Source of the DNA: Octopus vulgaris
Lineage: Eukaryota
Direction: 5' to 3'
Assembly: GCA_951406725.2 (NCBI GenBank)
Contig: OX597834.1
Coordinates: 17,670,001 to 17,734,000, forward strand
Length of the DNA: 64,000 nucleotides
Below are positions 36,870 through 47,815 of this stretch, one piece after another. Below the pieces are notes generated by a model, which did not search any database, was not told the DNA's origin, and was given only the letters and a program-made list of their open reading frames with translations. Every line of letters starts with the position of its first letter. Positions within the stretch are counted from its first letter, which is position 1. The translations under genes were made by a program, and so were the position numbers.

Positions 36870-37546
36870 TCTACCTGAAAAACAAATATATTTGATATAT
36901 TCTAGTACGGTTTGGAATGATAACAGATGAAGCACCCTTTACTTCAGATGTCTCGTTTTCTTTAGTTTTGTTTTTATATTTATTACTCATTTTATTCTTA
37001 AACATGCACCAGTTACTCGCACTGTTGATAATACAGTAAAACGAACTGTTCAGGGCAGCGAGCACATACTACAGGATATGTAACTTGAAAGAATAATCTT
37101 TTAAGTTGTTGCCGTAATCTATTTTATTTTTCTCTGTATCTAAAATGGTAACAATGTATAAAAATAATACATTCGCAAATAAATGACTGAGAAGAAACAT
37201 ATACAAGAAAAAGAGAAAAGACCGATGGTAGTTAATGGTTTGTTGGAGATGGAGTTGGTTGGTAATGGGTGATAAGCGGAGAAAATTACGTAGATCGGCC
37301 TTTTTGATGACATTTCATCAGTGAAAGTACCTGCGACTGCTCGCATTCCTTTCTCCCTCCTTCGTACTTTGCGATCCGAAACAAACACTTCTTTCAAATA
37401 ATATTTGACGCTTCGTTTAATTTTCTTCTCTCTTTTTTTTCCTTCTTTCTTTACATGCGCTAAAAATAAGCAAATTTCAATGCAAATAGAACCAATACTT
37501 TTATCTGCAGAACGCTTTGCAATTCTTCAAAATTCTTATATAATGT

Positions 37547-37925
37547 AGGCGCAGGAGTGGCTGTGTGGTAAGTAGCTTGCTTACCAACCACTTGGTTCCG
37601 GGTTCAGTCCCACTGCGTGGCATCTTAGGCAAGTGTCTTCTGCTATAGCCTCGGGCCGACCAATGCCTTGTGAGTGGATTTGGTAGACGGAAACTGAAAG
37701 TAGCCTGTCGTATATATGTATGTTTGTGTGTCTGTGTTTGTCCCCCTAGCATTGCTTGACAACCGATGCTGGTGTGTTTACGTCCCCGTTACTCAGCGGT
37801 TCGGCAAAAGAGACCGATAGAATAAGTACTGGGCTTACAAAGAATAAGTCCCAGGGTCGATTTGCTCGACTAAAGCGGTGCTCCAGCATGGCCGCAGTCA
37901 AATGACTGAAACACGTAAAAGAGTA
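37547..37925 (+). mobile_element. Full-length young tRNA-derived SINE (octopus OK/OR type)
   Basis: A-box tggctgtgtggtaag, B-box gggttcagtcc, CORE-like ggcaagtgtctt and an internal (TG) tract. Nearly identical to 54007-54397. Confidence 0.92.
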
Positions 37926-37959
37926 GTGTAATGCGTTTGTCTTTCCCTGAAAAGTTGCG

Positions 37960-38240
37960 AAGGCGCGTGGCTTAGTGATAAAGTCGGGAGTTCAATTCCC
38001 GGCGGTGCCTTGTGTCCCTGAGCAAGACATTTTCTTTCCCGTTGCTCCAGCCCATTCGGTTGGCTAAAATGTAATTCAAAGGGCCAGCTTTGTTACATTC
38101 TGTGTCACGCTGAATTTCCCTGAGAACTATGTGAAGGGTACGAGTGTCTGTGGAGTGCTCAGCCACTTGCCGGTTGAATTCGCGAGCAGGCTGTTTCGTT
38201 TTACTGGAACCCTTGTTGTCGTAACCGACAGAGTGGGAGT
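37960..38240 (+). mobile_element. tRNA-derived SINE sharing its 3' half with 29150-29537
   Basis: Head ggcgcgtggcttagtg..gagttcaattcc, with shared tgtgtcacgctgaat and gtctgtggagtgctcagccactt. Confidence 0.8.
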
Positions 38241-38867
38241 TCTCTGGTTAGTTAGTTATTTAAAGGGGGTGAAGTAGAGCTAGTTGCTGTCTTAAGGCTT
38301 GGGCACACCGGATAGTTTCCTGGTGGCCTCATGCATCTAGGGCTCCAATTCTAACAGGGAATAAATACTGTAGGGTTCTGAATTGATTTGCCCAGGGATC
38401 TATAATGCGGCTCTAAATAGGATCCTTGTTCGTCGGAATACGATGTTATTACCGCTTTTGTAAATATTTTTAACCTTTATTTAAAAGCTTTTAATCATGA
38501 TGGCATATTCATGCATCTTTATACTTTATTGTTGCAAATATTGATGTGAGAACCTAAATGCACGAAGATAAGTCACTGATAACTTTATAGTACCTGCAAT
38601 TTCTTTCTTTTTCTTTCTCTGTCTTTCCTTCTCTCTTTTCTTCTTTTTCGTTCTCTTTCTCTCCTTCCTTTTCTTTCTTTCTCTCTTTTCTTACTTTTTT
38701 CTTTATTTATTTAACTGAATAAATTCAGCATCACATACATGCCCACATCTGTTTGTCTCATTCGCGTTTTCCCCATACTAAAAACTCAAATTCTTCAGTT
38801 TTGGATGAGTTATTCCATTCAATTCCTTTCCTCTATTTCTGCAACTCTCTTCAAATCTTTTTGCCTA

Positions 38868-38913
<46 letters not shown>

Positions 38914-39519
38914 CTCTTCTATCTGTTATATTTTACAAGATAGCATCTGATGCATCCGTCTTTCCTTGCATCTTTTGAGGAAAGAGGATGCTACTGTTTT
39001 TGCATTTCTTCGTGTCCTCACTTCCATGTTGCCCCGCGAAAGTCACTCTCTCCTATTTTCTCTTTTTACGTAATGTCCTTGTGTGCGCTAGACTCATTGA
39101 TTACGCAATCTATTCATGGTCCTTATTTGTATGCGCTGGAGATTTAGACTAGACAAACGCGGTCACTTGTAAATAACAAGCTAGACACCAATTCTGTAAC
39201 ATTTCTCTATTTTACTTATGCTCGTCTGTGGTGGAGACACCTACTAAGATGTATATTTTTCGTTTGTTCATGTTCGCTTTCCGTGCAGGCATAGCCTGGA
39301 TTGATATTTCTTGGAGCAAGTTTCCTGTTTTTATATGTTAAGGATTTTTTTTATTCTACTCAATTTCAAAGCGCTGATCTACACGACATTGTTCGCGGGG
39401 AATGTAAACGTGATATCACCATATTTTTTTTTCTTTTTCTCAAGAAGAAAAAAAACAACAATGTGAGGAGGTGGTACATGTAAAATATTAGCAGAAGCTT
39501 AGAGAAGGAAAGAAAGGTA

Positions 39520-39554
39520 GTTTTATGTTTTGAGCAAAGCTCTTCGTCAGAAAC
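39520..39554 (-). ncRNA. Second minimal hammerhead motif (decayed), same pseudo-LTR family as 23547
   Basis: Minus strand gttt-CTGACGA-a-GAGC-ttt-GCTC-aAAAC-aTA-aaac: helix I GUUU/AAAC and helix II are intact, and two CG>CA changes hit the core. The downstream flank is homologous to 23575-23660. Confidence 0.6.
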
Positions 39555-39799
39555 AGGAGATGGAGGAAAGTCCAAGAAAAAAGGAAGGCAAAGGGAAAAA
39601 AATGACCAATGACCCACATGTGGTTAGAACTATATAGCAAAAATGTGATGGTCTCTTGTACTCCACTACAAGTGTGTGTGTCTGGAATGGTGTATCTGAT
39701 GTGATGATACCTAATTCATAAAAAATGTTGAAATTTTCAACAGTTGTGATCATGTGCTTTCTCAGTCAGGATTGATCAGACAAGTAGCTAAATCTATTA

Positions 39800-41040
39800 T
39801 TATAAAGGATAACTTTTTTATCCAAAATTCAAGAATTTTTCAAGTTTGAGAAGTGTCATAGGGGAAAATTTCAGAAAGGTTTTCTGGAAATTTATTGCCA
39901 TTGTAAGTCATACCTCAATCTAGCAATTGTTAGGAGAGATATAATCTACATTGGGTTGGGCTTGTCAACTTTAGTTAAGTTGATGCCTATTCATTACTGG
40001 CAGCTGTTGTAGCTATAACATGCATTTGTTAACACATGTTTTATGTTCTACTCTCTGTTAAAAATCCTAAATAGACTTACTGATATTCCTATATGTATTA
40101 TTGGTTTCAAATTTTAAATTGGGGAAGGGCATTAGTTGATTACATTGACCCCAGTGCTCAACTGGTACTTATTTTGTTGACTCCAAAAGGATGAAAAGCA
40201 AAGTTGACCGTGGCAGAATTTGAACATAAAAATGGATGAAATGCTTCTAAGCATTTTACCTGGCTCTGTAACATTTCCACTAGCTCACTGCCTATTCCTA
40301 TGTATAATAAATAAGAAAAAAAGGAATCATTTAAGTTTGTTGATACTACAGAAAGTGAAATTGTTGAAAAAATTTGACAGTAGAGTAAGTGTGAATAATC
40401 TGAGAAATTTGGTATTAAAACAACCACTATGTATGTCCTGAAGAAATAAAATAAACTGCTGAAGTTCTACTCTGAAAGTAATGAACAAAAGTTAATGGAG
40501 AAAAAGAAAACATTGCACAGAGCAAAAAATCAAGATCTTGATCATGTGTTGATGGAATGAATTTGTCAATGTTGGAGGGAACATACACTACTTAATGGAG
40601 TGATAATCATGAAACAAGCAAATCCAGCTAATGAACTGAATATAACTGAATATTCATAAGGTTAGTTACAAAAATTTAAACAGCATAGCATTAAAATATT
40701 TAAAGGTTTTGGCGATAAGATATCTGTTGATTATAAAGCAGTCCAGAAATTTATGGAGGAATTTGCAAAGATAACCACTGATAAAAATTTAACAGCAGAA
40801 CAAGTGTATAATACTGATGAAACATCTGTGATATAGTGTTGTTGTTCCAGAAAAACATTCATTACATCTGATGAGAGACCAACTTGAAGAGTTAAGGATA
40901 CCAAGATCAGATTAATCGTGGATGTGCTAATACAACAGGCATCCATGAATGTAAACTTGTAGTTGGTAAAGGTCTGTGTTCTCATTGTTTTAAAGGTATC
41001 AGTGCATTATCAGTGCACTATTAAAAGGTATGGATCATCA
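39800..41040 (+). mobile_element. Tigger/pogo (Jerky-like) transposase pseudogene, interrupted by a SINE at about 40105-40292
   Basis: KKRNHLSLLILQKVKLLKKFDSRVSV, KLLKFYSESNEQKLMEKKKTLHRAKNQDLDHVLME, LNGVIIMKQA and NLTAEQVYNTDETS indicate CENP-B-type HTH domains and the start of DDE_1. Multiple stops. Confidence 0.88.
40105..40292 (-). mobile_element. Meta/MESC-like SINE nested in Tigger
   Basis: Family match, flanked by the imperfect direct repeat tattcctat(at)gtat. Confidence 0.8.
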
Positions 41041-42282
41041 GAGAAATTTTTCTTTGTTTTAGTTTTCTGCATTCTGATTTCAAATCCTGCTGAAGTCAAC
41101 TTTGATTTCTATCCTTTTGAGATTAATAAAATAGTTGCCAGTTAAGAATGGTGGGTTTACAAAACTATTAGAAGATTGAGTGAGATACCTTTTGGTATTG
41201 CTTCCAGCTCTTTGTGTCCTGACATAATACCTGCAATGACATCAGCTTTGTAATTGTTCCACCATCTTAACTATTTGCTCTGATCAACCATACTCGCACA
41301 ATGTCCAAACAGTTCAGTATTTAAAACCCAAGAGACTTTTGACATTCTTGTCTGTGAAGGGCAAGAAACCATTTGTTTATTTGTTGATTTTTATAACTGG
41401 TACCACAAGTCACTTGATATTTCATGAGTTGCAGACCTCATGAATTGAGTCACCATCATTCAAGAAACAGTTGCCAACTTTGTTCTTTCTTCAAAATGCA
41501 ATAGATAACTAGAGTTATTACTGAAGATATTCTCTATCACGTATCGCTGTAAACATCAGAGATGCCAGTGATATTTCCTAGTTTTGTTTAGTCAACCAGA
41601 CAAGGCAATTGCCAGAGGTACTACATGGAAATAAAGATATAAAACAAGTTAGATGGGTGAAAGAAATTTGATAACCTCTATTAACAAGAGAGCACCTGTT
41701 AACCATGGAGAACGGATAACAATCTATTCAATAGAAATAGAATGGACAATTACAATCTTTTGTTTAAAATTGTAAGCCACTGTAATAGAATCTTACAATT
41801 CTACAAGAGAGAGATCACATCTGGGGCCATTAATGTAGGAGGGATGAAGCTTATGTTCTTTAATGGACTAATGAATTTTATAATTGTTAATATCAACACT
41901 GTTTCTAACATGTTTGGATAGTGAGGTGTCATTTTAAGTGTCTGAATTCATTCATATGTTGTGACGATTTTCAAAGGGATTTTTGGTAACCCTATATAGC
42001 TTTTTCACTCTTATGTATAGTTTTATAGCTCAATAGACTAATGCTTTAGAAAGAGATATACCATTGAGGAGGCAGGTATTCAGGTTTATGCAATTACATC
42101 ATCAGCCATCTTTGGTGCAACAGAAACCAATCTAAGCTATATAACTCCACCTCACCCAAGGTTTTGTCAGTAGAATTTCATTCCAGATTTTTTTCTGTTA
42201 CAAAATTAACCTCCAGTTATAGAAAGGTTATGTGCCTCTGGCCATTGGAGTCTGATGAATCACTTATACAGCTAAGCACTTT

Positions 42283-42590
42283 CATCATTATCATCATCGT
42301 TTAACATCCGCTTTCCATGCTAGCATGGGTTGGACGGTTCAACTGGGGTCTGGGAAGCCAGAAGGCTGCACCAGGCCCAGTCTAATCTGGCAGTGTTTCT
42401 ACAGCTTGATGCCCTTCCTAACGCCAACTACTCCGTGAGTGTAGTGGGTGCTTTTTACGTGCCACCGGCACAGGTGCCAGATGAGGCTGGCAAATGGCCA
42501 CGATAGGATGGTGCTTTTTACGTGCCACCGGCACGGAGACCAGACGAAGCTGGCAATGGCCACGGTCGGATGGGGCTTTTTACATGCCAA
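42283..42590 (-). mobile_element. RTE 3' UTR/tail copy with pseudoknot-like units
   Basis: Reverse complement of the 19.8-20.1 kb region, including gtgccggtggcacgtaaaaagcacc twice and the (GAT)n tail. Confidence 0.88.
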
Positions 42591-42946
42591 TAGGTGTGAA
42601 ACAAATGGTTACTCTCTGAGTGGCCATAACAAACAACCTTTTAAATATATATATATATATATATATATACACACGGAGTAGATAAAACAAGGGACAATTG
42701 ATGAAGGGAATGTACTTTGTTTCCTGTCTCATTTCTCTATTTGTTTCTTTTGTTGTTCAAAAAAACTTCGTTTTCTATGTTTTTGTTTTTTATGTTCTCG
42801 TTTCTCCTTTTGTTGAGGTTCTTTTGATGTCCTGTACTCGTATATGCATGTATATATACATATGTATGAAGGTATGCACATATACGTATGCATATATGCA
42901 TATATTTATATATTATTTATATCATTATTATATATATATATATATA

Positions 42947-44290
42947 TGGTGCCTTCCAGAAGTTTTGAGGCTTTTTAAGGAGTGACATTTATTAATTTCA
43001 TGGAAGTACAAAACTCTAATCACCTTCAAAATAGGATCTGCTGACTTCAATCCACTTGTAGTACCCCAGACACTTCCTGAAGACCATATGGAAGCCCTCC
43101 AAATTAAAGGTATCCAGGAGTCTTGTCACACCTCCATCTTCTCAATATCTTCAAAACAACTGTCCCTGAGGTGCTCTTTCAGCTTGAGGAACAACAAAAT
43201 GTCACAAAAAGTAAGGTCTGGACTGTAGGGAGGGGGAGGGACAATTTTCATGCCAATCTCAGTCAAGTAATTACCTGGATGGAATTGTAGACTGGTGCAG
43301 ATACCATTGACCTGAGTGGAAGAGCTCTGGCCTTTTGCAATGAAATCTCTGCCGCGAAACCTCCAAAATCTCTTCCTCAAAACCTCCAGAATCTCTCCCT
43401 CAAAACTTCCAAGAAGGACCTCTTGTTGACCCTTTGGTCAGATGGAACCAAATGGAAGTAGATGATGCTCTTGCTATCAAAAAAAGATGATCATCATGAG
43501 CTTCCAGATGGACTTGCTTTGTCTAACCTTATTTGGTCTGAGGGAGCCAGGATGCTTCTACTGGGCACTCTGTCTCTTGGACTCTGGATTATGACAGTAG
43601 ATACAGCTTTTGTCACGAGTTGTTAGAGACTCAAGTACCCATGGATTGGAGGAAATGAGCTCAACCGTCTTCCTGCTGTCATCAACATGTCTTTCCTGCT
43701 TTTCACTATTGAGCACCCTGGGAATAAACTTTGCACAAGTCCAGATCTTCATGAATAATTCTGAGAACACTTGCCACTCCAACTCCAAACTGTATGCTAA
43801 TTATCTTTACAGACACACGATTGTCTTCATCCCGAAAATTGTGGACTTTCTTAACCAGCTCTGATGTTCTGACATTCTTCTCACTCCCATACCTTGCATC
43901 AACTCTCACCTCCTCTCTACTATCCTTATCCTCTTGTGCCAGTGAAAAACAGATGCTTGGTTCATACAAGTTAATACATAAGCAGTCTGGAGTATTTCAT
44001 AATTTTCTCTAGCATTCTGTCCAGTTTAACACAAAACTTAACTGCATAGCAAATTTCCAAATTGTCTTCTTGTCCTGATTACATTCAGCAAACCAGTCAC
44101 CTGTGGCAAGTAGTATTTAGTAGGGTGTGTTCAAAGTACCTTTACAGCTGTCTCCTTCAATCTGGAATAAAAATTGCTGGGAGATCAACTTATTAGATGT
44201 ATAGTAATAATATACTAAGATTACAATAATCTAGGACAGTTACACCTGCCTTTCCTAAAAAAAACATCCCCAAACCTCTGGAATACACCA
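42947..44290 (-). mobile_element. Near full-length mariner element (about 1.34 kb), transposase pseudogene
   Basis: TIRs tggtgccttccagaagttt / aaacctctggaatacacca in TA context. ORF pieces CAKFIPRVL, LTTRDKSCIYCHNPESKRQSAQ and PPPYSPDLTFCDILLFLKLK. Confidence 0.92.
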
Positions 44291-44959
44291 TATATATTAA
44301 ATATGTGTTATGCTGTGTGGATAACTTATGTATATGAATGTTTCTTCCCGTACCATTATCTCTATTCAAAAGAGTACTTCCTATATTTCTTGGCAGCATT
44401 CTTTAAATGTATGTATTGTTAGTTTGGAAGCAAATTTGCAGATATGGAAAGCTTACAGAATGTATCTTGTTTGATTGTTTTAGTATTATTCTTCATGTAA
44501 ATATCAGGTAAGCATCTTTATTATTTTGCATCTTTTTTTCTCATTCTTTTTCCTGAAACTATGCTGGGTGTATATTACATTCTTACATATATTGGTCAGT
44601 ATTTTATACATACACAAAGAAGTTTATGAGATTTAATAACTTCACTTCAAAGGCTTTGCAATCATTGATCCTGAGATCATTACAAATCCAGCTGTTGTAT
44701 GAATTTACTTCAGTGTCTGTTTATAAGTCTGTCTAACGTCTTCTAATTCAATTTTGTGAGCATAAAAATAAGCCCTTCACAATGAACATTAAATAATCAT
44801 CACCAGCATTCAAAGACATTTCAGTATCTGCTGAAACTATTCTTGCCATTATGTTATGTAAAGTGTTCCGTAACTTAAGCTGAACTTACCTCTTTTAGAA
44901 TACTTTTGAAAACCAGACAGACTATGGATGCATGGCATGTGTGTATGCATGTGTGCGTA

Positions 44960-45714
44960 TCTTTTCTTTTATTTGTTTCAGTCATTTGACTGTGGCCATA
45001 CTGGAGCACCACCTTTAGTTGAAGAAATCAACTCCAGAATTTATTCTTTGTAAGCCTAATACTTATTCTATCAATCTCTTTTGCTGAACTGCTAAGTTAT
45101 GGAAACATAAATACCCCAACATCAGTTGTGAAGCAATGGTGGGGGGACAAACACACACACACACACACACATACAATGGGCTTCTTCTCAGTTTCCATCT
45201 CCCAAATCTACTCACAAGGCTTTGGTCGGCCTGAGGCTATAATAGAAGACACTTGCCCAAGGTGTCACGCAGTGGTGCTGAACCTGGAACCATGTGGTTG
45301 GTAAGCAAGCTACTTACCACACAGCCACTTCAGTCATTTGACCGTGGCCATGCTGGAGCATTGCCTTAAAGGGATTTTAGTCTAAGAAATCAACCCCAGG
45401 ATTTATTCTTTGTAAGCCTAGTACTTATTCTGTCAGTTTCTTTTACTGAACCACTTAGTTATGGGGACATAAACACACCAGCATCAGTTGTCAAGTGACG
45501 GCCAGGGGACAAACAGATACAGACACATAAATATATACATACATATATATAAATATATATGATGGGCTTTCCATCTACCAAATCTACTCACAAAGCTTTG
45601 GTTGGCACAAAGCTATAGTAGAAGACATTTATCTACGGTACCACACAGTTGGACTGAACCCAGAACTATGTGGTTGGGAAACAAACTTCTTACCATACAG
45701 CCATGCCTGCACCT
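44960..45714 (-). mobile_element. Head-to-tail dimer of OK/OR-type SINEs (about 44960-45329 and 45330-45714), older and CpG-decayed
   Basis: Both halves match the reverse complement of 37547-37925. Confidence 0.88.
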
Positions 45715-45737
45715 ATATATATCCACACACATATATC

Positions 45738-46924
45738 CAGGGTGCATAATATATTTGAAGACAGATTTATGTGTATAAAAAAATATATAAACAGATAACT
45801 TTATTTATCAAAAAATACTATGAGGATAAAAATAAACCTTCTTTTCTATAATATTATTCAATAAAACCACCTTCAGCTTCAACAACTGCTTCTATATGCG
45901 ATCTAAATCATCTACATACTCAAATCAAGTGGTCCTGGTTCATTTTGGACATTACTCTGACTATGACAGCTTTCAAAGGTTCTTTGGTGTTATGGGCATG
46001 TTCATTGAGATCTGGGGAATTAGGAGGGCAAATGTTAGGGGTTGTGTGATCATGAAAATCTTCAATCATCCATTCCTGTGTTACTAGAGCCATGTCAGAG
46101 TCTTACTGAAAAACATATGCCCTTCCATTGCATACACTGTCTATCCAGGGTTTAACAATTATTTCCAGGACCTCAATGCAGGTGGCAGAGTTAACTCTAA
46201 GGCCTTGTGGAAAGAAGTAAGGAGGCATCACATGTCCTTCATTGCTGGCAACTCCTAAAACCATGACAGTTGCAGGAAATTTTGTATGCATAACACTTGG
46301 AACTTCAGAAGGATCTGCACATAACCATCTGTCATTTCTTCTGTTAACTTTTTGATCTTGGTTGAAGTTTTTCTCATTTGAGAAAAAACAAATCAAATCT
46401 TCTTCTGCTGGATCTTTCAGTTTGTTTAAGAGACTTTTAAATCTGATGTAGTGATTTTCTTTTGCTTTTTCTAACAAATTGACATTTCCTCATCATATAA
46501 GACTTATATCTGATGTCTTCATGGACAACATTCCTGACTGTTCTTTCTGACACATGGAAATCTTTTGCAATTGACCTCATGGACTTTCTGGGATTATAAT
46601 CAATGGTCTGTTGACCTTGCTGGATAAATTCAGGTGTTCTGATGATTCGAGAATGTTTAGAATGCTTTTTATGCTTTGATACTGGTGACACATGTTCATC
46701 TCCTTACAAACTTTGTTATTGTGGTAATAAAGGCTGAGCATAGCAATTCAGAAATATCTCAATTTTTAAAGTTGCAAGATCTTTCATCTACAGCATGCCT
46801 CTACATTTCTTGAGTAAGCTGAGGGTCTGCTATTATTATTTTCTGAAACAAAGATTATACAGTATTAGCAAAAATGCAGCAATGACCCAAAAAGGGTATG
46901 TCCTCAAATACTTTATGCACCCTG
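45738..46924 (-). mobile_element. DD37D (maT)-like Tc1/mariner element, transposase pseudogene
   Basis: TIRs cagggtgcataatatatttgaagaca / tgtcctcaaatactttatgcaccctg. ORFs 46437-46691 (NPRKSMRSIAKDFHVSERTVRNVVHEDIRYKSY) and 46103-46477 (FFSNEKNF..TKFPATVMVLGVASNEG..PPYFF..YVFQ). Confidence 0.92.
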
Positions 46925-47159
46925 TGTGTTTGTGTGTTTGTGTGTGTGTGTGTGTGGATATATATATATAAAACACTGATGCCAAATGTGTAAGATTCAT
47001 TGTTAATGTAGGTGAACTTTTAGTTGAGCTTGGCTTGAGGCAGGGCTTGCAAGAACTGGTGCCTAAATTTCATGTCACATTCAAGAATTTAACTATGGTT
47101 AGGTTGTAAAATTCATTTGCCTGTGATTGTTTTACACACACACACACACACACACACAT

Positions 47160-47359
47160 ATCTGACCAAAATATTCTACCTGTTTTATGTTAAAACTGAT
47201 CAGATTCAACTTCTTACACCTGCCCAACAACATCGTTCTAAAAATATACAAAGACACCATTGAAATCTGGAAGCTACAAGGTAATGTGTAATTAATTCAA
47301 AAGAATGTGGATAAATAAGCAGTACATTTGACAAAGAAATTTAAATGCTAAAGAGTTAA
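47160..47359 (-). mobile_element. piggyBac-type MITE, partial copy
   Basis: Homologous to 50296-50517; ends aatgctaaagagttaa. Confidence 0.7.
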
Positions 47360-47594
47360 ACTAAAACAATAGATTTTGATAATTTTCCAAGGTTTGTTTC
47401 CAATTCATTAAACAAAAAATTCCAATAGTTGTGCAAGACAACTGACAAAATCAGGAGTTCAATATTTGCTTGATTTTGGGTCCTTGGCCAAACATCATAG
47501 CTGAAAATGTTTACTATTTTGTGATGAATTTGTTAACAATCAAGATTGGCCAATTCATCCTATTAATGGATGTAAAAAAAAGAGAGAAAGCTTT

Positions 47595-47815
47595 CTTTTC
47601 TACTCTAGGCACAAGGTCTGAAATTTTGGGGGAGGGTGGGGGGACAGTCGATTAGATCAACCCCAGTACACAACTGGTACTTAATTTATCAACCCTGAAA
47701 GGATAAAAGGCAAAGTTAACCTTGGCGGAATTTGAACTCAGAACATAAAGACAGATGAAATACCACCAAGCATTTCACCCGGCATGCTAATGTTTCTGCC
47801 AGCTTGCTGCTTTAA
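47595..47815 (-). mobile_element. Meta/MESC-like tRNA-SINE, full length
   Basis: Close match to 23225-23424. Confidence 0.88.
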
